A stretch of DNA of 64,000 bases. Source: Escherichia phage BB1. The position numbers and the translations under genes were made by a program. This document shows, one piece after another, positions 57,942 through 64,000 of this stretch (position 1 is its first letter; the number at the start of each line of letters is the position of its first letter). The notes under the pieces are model-generated. The model saw only the letters and a program-made list of their open reading frames with translations, ran no database searches and was not told the DNA's origin. Where the stretch lies: sequence record NC_106597.1; one strand, written 5' to 3'.

Positions 57942-58289
57942 TTAGTCATAGCACCACCATAACCCACGCTTACGCATGTCATGATCGCGATTATAATCGT
58001 AATTTTCTGGATCTTTCATCACGCGGTGGAGTTCTTGACGATTCCCTTGACGAACCATTTTATTAGAATGCCACTTAACATTCTTACTAATAGAATTCCA
58101 GTTATAACCATCCTTTTTCTCATTACGAATGGTTGCTTCCTTCATTTCCTGTTCTACATCATCCCAGGATTTAGTATAAATAACACGAATCCAGTAGCCA
58201 TTTTCTTTAAGGAAAGAATATTCTTGAGAGAATTGTTCTTTAGACTTCCACCACTGATCACCAGATTGTTTACGATAAGTACGGCTCAT
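57942..58289 (-). CDS. hypothetical protein (115 aa)
   Basis: Trp/Lys-rich ORF. Confidence 0.4.
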   Translation of the reverse strand: MSRTYRKQSGDQWWKSKEQFSQEYSFLKENGYWIRVIYTKSWDDVEQEMKEATIRNEKKDGYNWNSISKNVKWHSNKMVRQGNRQELHRVMKDPENYDYNRDHDMRKRGLWWCYD

Positions 58290-58360
58290 ATTACCTCCAT
58301 TAAGTCTTTTAAATTAACCTAATGTGGATGAATTTTATTATACATAAATTATTTACCTAT

Positions 58361-58400
58361 ATACAGAAAAACCCCAGACTACTTATTCAATAGCTGGGGT
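58361..58400 (-). terminator. rho-independent terminator
   Basis: CCCCAG ... CTGGGG hairpin followed on the minus strand by GTTTTTCTG. Confidence 0.5.
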
Positions 58401-58410
58401 TTGTTATTAA

Positions 58411-58725
58411 TCACAGATCGGGGCGTTCATCTTCGAAACAGCTTGAGCTGATTCCTTCTCCGAATCCTACAAAGCCATCAAATTCATCATTTGAGATGCC
58501 CATAATCATTGCTTCCATTTTTCTAATCTCCGAAATTTTCATGCCTGCTTTACTATTCTTATAGTATTTGCGAGGGTTCCCACACATCCAACAAGAACAG
58601 ATGCAAGGAGTAGTAGTGATAATACCTAACCGCTTAGGGCTTTCTTCATGTGGGAAGACTGTCCAATACTTCTTGCGGTTGTTCTTCACACGTTGCCGGT
58701 GATGGCGTCTTAATGCTCGATCCAC
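58411..58725 (-). CDS. Cys-rich small protein (104 aa)
   Basis: CICSCWMCG cluster. Confidence 0.35.
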   Translation of the reverse strand: MDRALRRHHRQRVKNNRKKYWTVFPHEESPKRLGIITTTPCICSCWMCGNPRKYYKNSKAGMKISEIRKMEAMIMGISNDEFDGFVGFGEGISSSCFEDERPDL

Positions 58726-58806
58726 ACATTTCTCCTAAAACTTGGGAGATAAACGGAGTTTGCTCGACTACCTTGCGTAGTTCGGAGAAATCGTATCCAA
58801 ACCCCA

Positions 58807-59175
58807 TTACATCGCCTGAGTAAATGTACGACTAATAACGTCGTTCTGTTGTTCACGAGTCAGTGCGTTAAATCGAACAGCGTAGCCAGAGACACGGATG
58901 GTCAACTGAGGGTATTTTTCAGGATGTTTCTGCGCATCCAAAAGCTGATCACGGCTTAACACATTGACATTTAGGTGCTGACCACCTTCGATTTGAGGGG
59001 CGACTTCCACTTTGACTTCACGGAAGGCTTCGGGATCGAATTGTGGTGTGATACCTTCTAGATCTTCAACTAGAACTTTCTGTTTAAGTTCACCGTTGTC
59101 GGAGTATAGCTGAATAATCTGATTTTCATGAACAAGGTTAATTACGCCAGATTTAAGATTTTGATATGCTTTCAT
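58807..59175 (-). CDS. autonomous glycyl radical cofactor (GrcA/YfiD-like)
   Basis: 122 aa; glycyl-radical signature [25 protein letters not shown] and GGQHLNVNV...[10 protein letters not shown]. Confidence 0.8.
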   Translation of the reverse strand: MKAYQNLKSGVINLVHENQIIQLYSDNGELKQKVLVEDLEGITPQFDPEAFREVKVEVAPQIEGGQHLNVNVLSRDQLLDAQKHPEKYPQLTIRVSGYAVRFNALTREQQNDVISRTFTQAM

Positions 59176-59217
59176 TAGATCTCCCCGATGTTAGAATTTG
59201 GCTCAGCTATTTATTCT

Positions 59218-59412
59218 TTATACTTTTCCATAGTATACGGAAACTGTCTTACCAGTTTGGTTCATGACATATGCTACTTCATCTTCTTTTAAAAAGATGG
59301 CTTGGTCTACTCCAACTATAGCCAATCTTTTATTTCTAGGATTAAAGCTTACACTTTTGCCTGTATGAATCTGTTCCCCATTCTTGGCTGACATTATTTT
59401 AATTGTTAACAT
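59218..59412 (-). CDS. hypothetical protein (64 aa)
   Basis: Small ORF before the first tRNA. Confidence 0.35.
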   Translation of the reverse strand: MLTIKIMSAKNGEQIHTGKSVSFNPRNKRLAIVGVDQAIFLKEDEVAYVMNQTGKTVSVYYGKV

Positions 59413-59449
59413 AGCTGCTCCTAAAGTTAGCTATCTCTAGCTCTTTTAA

Positions 59450-59525
59450 TGGTAGTTAGTAGTGGATTTGAACCACTGTAGTCGCTCCGTATGAAGGAGG
59501 TGCATAACCTCTCTGCCAACTAACT
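59450..59525 (-). tRNA. tRNA-Met (anticodon CAT; could be an Ile2 or initiator type)
   Basis: Hand-folded: 7-bp acceptor, T-arm AGTGG-TTCAAAT-CCACT, anticodon loop TTCATAC, encoded CCA. Confidence 0.55.
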
Positions 59526-59678
59526 AGTTAATTCTTTATAGGTTAGATCTAGAAGATCTTTCTTACTGATAAGTCCTTCTCTATATTGGTCAATAAACAT
59601 ATCTATTCTAGAGTTCTCTGAGACTTCTATATCAGAAAGTTCAGCAAATATTTTTGCAAGTTTATCAATATCTTCCAT
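59521..59678 (-). CDS. hypothetical small protein (52 aa)
   Basis: Sub-threshold ORF between two tRNAs. Confidence 0.25.
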
Positions 59679-59692
59679 ACATAACCTTAATT

Positions 59693-59769
59693 TGGTACTC
59701 CGGGAGGGATTTAAACCCCCGATCTCTCGGTTATCAGCCGAGTGCTTTAGATCGCTAAGCTACCGAAGC
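59693..59769 (-). tRNA. tRNA-Ile (anticodon GAT)
   Basis: Hand-folded: acceptor with G-U pairs, anticodon stem CTCGG/CCGAG, loop CTGATAA, T-arm GGGGG-TTTAAAT-CCCTC, encoded CCA. Confidence 0.55.
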
Positions 59770-59770
59770 A

Positions 59771-59998
59771 TTAACATTTTACAGCAGAGCGTTTGCCATT
59801 TCTAGGTGCACCTGGAAGTCGTGCACGTTCTGCCATTCTTCGCTTAATCTTTGAGATATTTTCTAGTGTTTGTTCTTCAGGCTTAATACTTGAAACACTA
59901 CACCACTGATTACCATCCCATGCGGTAATGATCATAACACCATTACTCATGATCTTTTCTGTAAAAGTAATCCTCATTATAGCAACTCGTCTAAGCAA
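59771..59998 (-). CDS. hypothetical protein
   Basis: 75-aa ORF. Confidence 0.3.
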   Translation of the reverse strand: MLRRVAIMRITFTEKIMSNGVMIITAWDGNQWCSVSSIKPEEQTLENISKIKRRMAERARLPGAPRNGKRSAVKC

Positions 59999-60270
59999 GA
60001 GGTATATTTAAGTTTACCATCTTTATCTACTTTGATTTCGACTTCCGCTCGTGGTACTTGACGAACTGCACCATGAATCATCTTATAGTTAATAGACTTA
60101 GACGGTTCATAATCTTTTGGAAAGACTTGCTTAACCGTTACTACCTTGTACCCCTCACGCGGTGTTAGTACAACTACTTGATCACCTTCTTTGATTTTCC
60201 AAGAGCCAGGAAATTCATAGGTATAGCGTTGACCACCAGTTTGGAACACAACAGAAAGATAACGTTTCAT
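59977..60270 (-). CDS. hypothetical protein (97 aa)
   Basis: Directly downstream of a promoter cassette. Confidence 0.4.
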   Translation of the reverse strand: MKRYLSVVFQTGGQRYTYEFPGSWKIKEGDQVVVLTPREGYKVVTVKQVFPKDYEPSKSINYKMIHGAVRQVPRAEVEIKVDKDGKLKYTSCLDELL

Positions 60271-60300
60271 TTGGTTTCCCTCTCATTAATTTATATAAAT

Positions 60301-60329
60301 ATTATAACAATAAATAAGAGAGAAAGCAA
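60301..60329 (-). promoter_or_regulatory. T5-type early sigma70 promoter
   Basis: TTGCTT - 17 bp - TATAAT, leader ...ATAAATTAATGAGAGGG. Confidence 0.65.
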
Positions 60330-60337
60330 ATGAATTT

Positions 60338-60505
60338 TTAATAAAGTTTAGTCACTTCATAAACTATACTACGAGATTCTTTATTACGTTCTATTAAATT
60401 AGCATATGCTTTTTCAGCTTCATTTTTAGTATTAAAGTCTATAACGTGGGAGGTATTCGCTCTATTTGAATAACTATACCAGATAACTACTAATAATTTA
60501 AACAT
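60338..60505 (-). CDS. hypothetical small protein
   Basis: ORF 60338..60532 starts at GTG inside the adjacent tRNA; ATG at 60505 more likely. Confidence 0.3.
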   Translation of the reverse strand: MFKLLVVIWYSYSNRANTSHVIDFNTKNEAEKAYANLIERNKESRSIVYEVTKLY

Positions 60506-60519
60506 AATAGTCCTTAAAT

Positions 60520-60606
60520 TGGTGCTGGGCACAGGATTCGAACCTGCAACGGGATTACTCCTCCTGATTACAAATCAGGTGCATTCAACCATTCTGCCAA
60601 CCCAGC
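60520..60606 (-). tRNA. tRNA, class II-like (long variable arm), anticodon reads TGT; identity uncertain
   Basis: Perfect 7-bp acceptor, T-arm GCAGG-TTCGAAT-CCTGT, encoded CCA, 3-bp D-stem, 16-nt variable region, anticodon stem CCTGA/TCAGG with loop TTTGTAA. Confidence 0.4.
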
Positions 60607-60614
60607 AGAACCCG

Positions 60615-60779
60615 TTATTTCAACGGGATTTCTTTTTCAATAACAGGAGACTTATCAGTCATAACTGTCATTGCCATTTGTTGTAGAAATTCAAAGGTGA
60701 AGGCTACACGCTCTTCACCAATCTCTACTTCTACACGTTTCTTTTGTTTGTCGATCTTGACTTTTAGGTTATCAGCCAT
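60615..60779 (-). CDS. hypothetical small protein (53 aa)
   Basis: Sub-threshold ORF; ATG overlaps the stop of the upstream 83-aa ORF. Confidence 0.25.
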   Translation of the reverse strand: MADNLKVKIDKQKKRVEVEIGEERVAFTFEFLQQMAMTVMTDKSPVIEKEIPLK

Positions 60780-61023
60780 TAGATAGTACAGTACTGGTAG
60801 TTGGCAATACTACAGATGAAGCAACAGTGTTTAAATGCTTTCTCCAGTCTAGGTTAAATTGTTTTCGAAACTCTTCATAAGGTTCTTCTGGATAAAAGCT
60901 AAAACCTCCTTTCTCATCATTCAGGATAACAGAGCCGTCAGTTTGTTCGTATGCTCGGTATGTTTCTCCAATAACAATAACTCGTTTATCGGTACTTTTA
61001 TTACGAAACTCAAAAACGTGCAT
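60772..61023 (-). CDS. hypothetical protein (83 aa)
   Basis: ATG start at 61023. Confidence 0.35.
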   Translation of the reverse strand: MHVFEFRNKSTDKRVIVIGETYRAYEQTDGSVILNDEKGGFSFYPEEPYEEFRKQFNLDWRKHLNTVASSVVLPTTSTVLSNG

Positions 61024-61039
61024 AATGTTTCCTTAAAGT

Positions 61040-61115
61040 TGGAGCGGCTAGAGGGAATCGAACCCTACTCAGCGAGGCTTGGAAGGCCTGCGACACAACC
61101 CGTGTGCTTAACCGC
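61040..61115 (-). tRNA. tRNA-Gly (anticodon TCC; Trp-CCA reading not excluded)
   Basis: Acceptor GCGGTTA/TAGCCGC, T-loop TTCGATT, anticodon loop CTTCCAA, encoded CCA. Confidence 0.45.
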
Positions 61116-61123
61116 TTATTATT

Positions 61124-61199
61124 TGGCTGGAGAAGGAGGAATCGAACCTACCATTAACGGAGTCAAAGGCCGTTGTGCTAACCGTTACACTACTCTCCA
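61124..61199 (-). tRNA. tRNA-Gln (anticodon TTG)
   Basis: Acceptor TGGAGAG/TTCTCCA, anticodon stem ACGGC/TCCGT, loop CTTTGAC, T-loop TTCGATT, encoded CCA. Confidence 0.5.
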
Positions 61200-61205
61200 A
61201 TTATT

Positions 61206-61281
61206 TGGCTGGAGTGCCTGGGATCGAACCAGGAACCTTCGGAGTCAGAGGCCGACGATCTGCCAATTGATCTACACTCCA
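61206..61281 (-). tRNA. tRNA-Gln (anticodon CTG)
   Basis: Acceptor TGGAGTG/CACTCCA, D-arm GATC-AATTGGCA-GATC, anticodon loop CTCTGAC, T-arm CCTGG-TTCGATC-CCAGG, encoded CCA. Confidence 0.5.
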
Positions 61282-61290
61282 AAAATGCTA

Positions 61291-61527
61291 TTAACTAGAC
61301 GCTGTTTCTACCGGCTGAGATACAGCAGGCTGTTCTAACGTATCTGGTACTGATACAGAGAAAAGAGCTTGTAATGCTGCAATATCACGCTCGTAAGTAT
61401 CAATACGAGTAGTAAGAGTATCTACCATCTGTTTATGGTAGGCTAAGTTATTCTGAGATTCATCTCGAAGAGTTTGCAGTTCTGCAAGACGTGTTAACAT
61501 AATTTCACTAATTAAAGCATTACTCAT
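61291..61527 (-). CDS. hypothetical coiled-coil protein (78 aa)
   Basis: ORF between tRNAs. Confidence 0.35.
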   Translation of the reverse strand: MSNALISEIMLTRLAELQTLRDESQNNLAYHKQMVDTLTTRIDTYERDIAALQALFSVSVPDTLEQPAVSQPVETASS

Positions 61528-61717
61528 TTGTTTCTCCTAAGTTTTCCGGTTCTTCTAAACGTTTGCCTTCATGATCTACTCGAATAACTCCGCATCCTTC
61601 GCAAATCACAACTGCACCATAACCTTCTTTGACCTCAGCTTCTGTAATCAAACCAGAAAGATCACCAGTATCTCTGCCCCACATATCAATGGAGCATTGT
61701 TTGCAGAAATCAGCCAT
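61520..61717 (-). CDS. zinc-ribbon-like small protein (65 aa)
   Basis: CKQC ... CEGCG Cys pairs. Confidence 0.35.
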   Translation of the reverse strand: MADFCKQCSIDMWGRDTGDLSGLITEAEVKEGYGAVVICEGCGVIRVDHEGKRLEEPENLGETNE

Positions 61718-61742
61718 ATTTTATTTCCTATTTAAGTTAATT

Positions 61743-61819
61743 TGGGGTGGCTAGTGGAATTCGAATCCACATAGGCCTGATTCACAATCAGGATCATTAA
61801 CCAGTTATGATATAGCCAC
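61743..61819 (-). tRNA. tRNA-His (anticodon GTG)
   Basis: Acceptor GTGGCTA/TAGCCAC, D-stem TCAT/ATGA, anticodon stem CCTGA/TCAGG with loop TTGTGAA, T-arm GTGGA-TTCGAAT-TCCAC, encoded CCA. Confidence 0.6.
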
Positions 61820-62187
61820 AATTGAAAACTCGCAGGGTTAGCGAAACCATCCTCAATTAGCATGTTCTAGAATACTAATCAAGTTATCTCCTATTGCACG
61901 CAGCTCAAGACGAGTACGAATTTTCAATTGTGGCGGCTCTCAGAAACTCTTCTCCTCTAGCCTTAGCAGCTTACTCCCGAACGCATGTCGGGTAAGTCTT
62001 ACTAAGAACATCAAGTAGCACCGTTACACTTTGAGCCATAGATATATCAAGAAGCAGAAGGACTTGAACCTTCATGAGATAGACCATTTATCTCAGCCGC
62101 TTTATGAGGTATGTTGCAGGGAGTGGATGTTCCCTATAAACCTTTTAGGCAGCCCCGTCTACCGATTCCGGCATACTTCAAGAATTT

Positions 62188-62361
62188 TTATAAACCAGCA
62201 GAAGCCTCATTCAAAGCATCAACAATAGCTTCACGTTGGGTCATTCCATACCCGGTGGAATCTAGGTGGGGCAAATAAGCCATCCATCCCTTATCTGTTT
62301 CATGAAGACATGCTTTAAATTTTTTACCATCCTTCATTGTTACAGTAACTGTTTTGCTCAT
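62188..62361 (-). CDS. hypothetical small protein (57 aa)
   Basis: Sub-threshold ORF with SD AAGGAAA; MSKTVTVTMKDGKKF... Confidence 0.3.
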   Translation of the reverse strand: MSKTVTVTMKDGKKFKACLHETDKGWMAYLPHLDSTGYGMTQREAIVDALNEASAGL

Positions 62362-62381
62362 AAGATTTCCTTATAGTTAAT

Positions 62382-62471
62382 TGGCAGAAGATAATGGAGT
62401 CGAACCATCACCGTATCACTACAGCGGGCTGGTTTTCAAGACCAGTTACGTACCACTACGTCCTATCTTCT
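62382..62471 (-). tRNA. tRNA-Ser (anticodon TGA)
   Basis: 90 nt with long variable arm; anticodon arm CTGGT-CTTGAAA-ACCAG; T-arm GATGG-TTCGACT-CCATT; perfect 7-bp acceptor; encoded CCA. Confidence 0.65.
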
Positions 62472-62477
62472 ATTATT

Positions 62478-62568
62478 TGGCGGAAGAGGAGAGATTTGAA
62501 CTCTCAAGCCGTTTTACCAGTCAGCCACTTTCCAAGCGGTTTTCGTCGCCAATTCGATTTGCTCTTCC
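62478..62568 (-). tRNA. tRNA-Ser (anticodon GGA)
   Basis: 91 nt with long variable arm; anticodon loop TTGGAAA; T-arm GAGAG-TTCAAAT-CTCTC; perfect acceptor GGAAGAG/CTCTTCC; encoded CCA. Confidence 0.6.
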
Positions 62569-62680
62569 AATAATAAGATGATGCCTCTATCACACCAGGC
62601 AGTTACGCCCCGCTGGGATTCGAACCCATTAAAACAGCTCAACCGAGATAGTAGGTTTAATTTACTCTGACCATCAAATT

Positions 62681-62757
62681 TGGTGCGTGACAAGGGATTC
62701 GAACCCTCAAAACCCGACTTCTAAGGACGGTATGTATGCCAATTCCATCAATCACGC
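62681..62757 (-). tRNA. tRNA with anticodon reading TAG (Leu-type anticodon in a short-variable-arm scaffold); identity uncertain
   Basis: Acceptor GCGTGAT/GTCACGC, T-arm GAGGG-TTCGAAT-CCCTT, encoded CCA, anticodon stem CCGTC/GTCGG (one mismatch) with loop CTTAGAA. Confidence 0.4.
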
Positions 62758-62762
62758 ATATT

Positions 62763-62841
62763 TGGTGGAGAATAACGGAATCGAACCGTTCTGATGTCCT
62801 CGGTGCAAGCGAGGTGTCCACTCCATGCAGACCCATTCCCC
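62763..62841 (-). tRNA. tRNA-Ala (anticodon TGC)
   Basis: Acceptor GGGGAAT/ATTCTCC with the G3-U70 pair diagnostic of tRNA-Ala; anticodon stem CCTCG/CGAGG, loop CTTGCAC; T-arm AACGG-TTCGATT-CCGTT; encoded CCA. Confidence 0.6.
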
Positions 62842-63079
62842 AAATTCTTTAGTTTACTAAGGCTATTAGCTCGGCGTAACTACAGCACCTTCGCTTCGAG
62901 CGGAAGGAACCGCGTCATCTCGCAAACCCGATACACTATTCAGTTGCCGCTGAATCTAGTGGACTAATCTAGAACTTCTCCCGAATCGTAGGGATCGTGC
63001 TTTTTGGCAGCCAGTCCTAGGTCGAGCTAATACCTTAGTGAACTATGATGAGGATTTCTCCTCATCAATTTATATAAAT

Positions 63080-63108
63080 ATTATAACAAGAAATTAAGCA
63101 TCAAGCAA
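63080..63108 (-). promoter_or_regulatory. T5-type early sigma70 promoter with no downstream ORF (drives a non-coding leader and the tRNA cluster)
   Basis: TTGCTT - 17 bp - TATAAT; leader ATTTATATAAATTGATGAGGAGAAATCCTCATC forms a hairpin over the SD-like GAGGAG; no ATG follows. Confidence 0.6.
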
Positions 63109-63126
63109 CTGCATTTTTCTTGAAAT

Positions 63127-63205
63127 TGGTAGATCGCCTGGGACTCGAACCCAGAACCTTCCGATTAAAAGTCGGATGCTACTAAACCTATTGAGCTAGC
63201 GATCT
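63127..63205 (-). tRNA. tRNA-Lys (anticodon TTT)
   Basis: Perfect acceptor AGATCGC/GCGATCT, anticodon stem TCCGA/TCGGA with loop CTTTTAA, T-arm CTGGG-TTCGAGT-CCCAG, encoded CCA. Confidence 0.55.
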
Positions 63206-63206
63206 A

Positions 63207-63374
63207 TTAGTAACCATTATATACTTCTTTAATAGAGTGAACTTTCAAGTAAGGGTGATTAATCCCAAACTTCGCCATTACTTCTTTCTCATCTTTTCCA
63301 TAATGAGCAAGTAAGGATTTTGAGGTATTCTTACCTAAACGTTTGTCACTTACTACTAATCGAAATACTTTCAT
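63207..63374 (-). CDS. hypothetical small protein (55 aa)
   Basis: Sub-threshold ORF with SD AGAGGA 6 nt upstream, between two tRNAs. Confidence 0.3.
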   Translation of the reverse strand: MKVFRLVVSDKRLGKNTSKSLLAHYGKDEKEVMAKFGINHPYLKVHSIKEVYNGY

Positions 63375-63394
63375 TTCGAAATCCTCTATTAAAA

Positions 63395-63472
63395 TGGAAG
63401 CGGGTGCAGGAATCGAACCTACCTCTTTCTAGCTTATGAGACTAGCGATCTCTACCAGAGATCTAACCCGCA
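63395..63472 (-). tRNA. tRNA-Met (anticodon CAT), second copy
   Basis: Anticodon loop CTCATAA, T-arm GTAGG-TTCGATT-CCTGC, encoded CCA; 1:72 position unpaired. Confidence 0.5.
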
Positions 63473-63478
63473 ATTGTT

Positions 63479-63554
63479 TGGTCAGTGCGGCAGGACTCGA
63501 ACCTGCGACCCGAAGCATCCAAGGCTCCCACGCTACCAACTGCGCTACGCACTG
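63479..63554 (-). tRNA. tRNA-Pro (anticodon TGG)
   Basis: Perfect acceptor CAGTGCG/CGCACTG, D-arm GCGC-AGTTGGTA-GCGT, anticodon loop CTTGGAT, T-arm GCAGG-TTCGAGT-CCTGC, encoded CCA. Confidence 0.6.
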
Positions 63555-63563
63555 TTAATTCTT

Positions 63564-63761
63564 TTATTGTGGAGGAATATTAATAATTCGTCCGTCTACA
63601 CAATAAACGGTACTAGGAATTGTACTATATATGTAGAAATTCTTTATATTACTCTCTCCGCCACAGAAATTTTTAGCAAATTCATACTCTTTATTAATGG
63701 TTGAGTCAAGTTTAAAACAACCAGTAAGTAGGAATACAGACAGCAGTAAAACTTTTTTCAT
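63564..63761 (-). CDS. small lipoprotein (65 aa)
   Basis: Signal peptide with lipobox LTGC; directly downstream of a promoter cassette. Confidence 0.4.
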   Translation of the reverse strand: MKKVLLLSVFLLTGCFKLDSTINKEYEFAKNFCGGESNIKNFYIYSTIPSTVYCVDGRIINIPPQ

Positions 63762-63793
63762 TTTGCTTTCCTTCTCAACACTTTATAAGGTAT

Positions 63794-63822
63794 ATTATAC
63801 CGAGAATTAAGCGAAATAGCAA
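63794..63822 (-). promoter_or_regulatory. T5-type early sigma70 promoter
   Basis: TTGCTA - 17 bp - TATAAT, leader ...AAGTGTTGAGAAGGAAAGCAAA then ATG. Confidence 0.6.
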
Positions 63823-63971
63823 ATGAATTTTTAATAAATTTACTTATTGTGTAGGCCACCTGGAGGCTACCAACCCCACGGCTGACAAAGAAGTTTGCGA
63901 GACTTCTCTTAACTGCCAGAATAGACCCGCCGATCTATCGGAACCTACTCAATAAGTAAACTTTATAGTAT

Positions 63972-64000
63972 CATTCTAGACAGGACTCGAACCTGCTATC
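63972..64000 (-). tRNA. partial tRNA (3' half only; 5' part beyond window end)
   Basis: T-arm ACAGGACTCGAACCTGC nearly identical to that of the tRNA-Pro gene, followed by a 7-nt acceptor strand; no encoded CCA. Confidence 0.3.

Noticed and set aside
60859-61338. 159-aa plus-strand ORF (60859..61338)
   Set aside because: Runs antisense through three tRNA genes and a minus-strand ORF; an artefact of the stop-poor antisense strand.
62031-62581. Plus-strand ORFs of 65 and 66 aa within the tRNA cluster (62031..62228 and 62381..62581, both starting at TTG)
   Set aside because: They run antisense across tRNA genes and tRNA-like elements, use non-ATG starts and lack ribosome-binding sites.
63474-63704. 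76-aa plus-strand ORF overlapping tRNA-Pro
   Set aside because: Starts inside the tRNA-Pro gene on the opposite strand and overlaps the minus-strand lipoprotein gene; no ribosome-binding site.

Overview
This window reads as a contiguous stretch of a T5-like (Tequintavirus/Demerecviridae-type) virulent coliphage genome; all protein identifications are from motif and architecture recognition, with no database search run. Layout: (1) 1-3.5 kb, end of a plus-strand replication/recombination block (SbcC-like ATPase, PD-(D/E)xK nuclease, flap endonuclease, dUTPase). (2) 3.6-30.2 kb, a minus-strand late structural block in T5 order: L-shaped tail fibre, collar, pb4/pb3/Dit baseplate proteins, tape measure, tail tube, terminator, major capsid, protease, decoration, portal, large and small terminase, receptor-binding protein. 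(3) 30.3-31.6 kb, the llp-type lipoprotein gene on a strong PN25-like promoter plus small membrane-protein genes. (4) 31.7-36.7 kb, a minus-strand pre-early block (dmp-like HAD phosphatase, A1-like metallophosphoesterase, A2-like protein). (5) 36.7-42.0 kb, a repeat-dense, largely non-coding region with DnaA boxes, inverted repeats and a 14-bp direct-repeat array, enclosing a 3-kb plus-strand island of seven small genes; this matches the T5 terminal-repeat/injection-stop region. (6) 42.3-59.4 kb, minus-strand early genes including HNH endonucleases, phosphatases, a holin-endolysin pair, candidate spanins, dNMP kinase and a GrcA-like glycyl-radical protein, many preceded by a repeated T5-type promoter-leader cassette. 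(7) 59.4-64.0 kb, a minus-strand tRNA cluster (about 14 tRNAs parsed by hand) interleaved with small ORFs and structured non-coding elements. No integrase, CRISPR array or transposase was seen. The most interesting material is the injection-stop/origin-like repeat architecture with its enclosed gene island, the reiterated promoter cassette, and the non-canonical tRNA-like and structured RNA elements in the tRNA operon.
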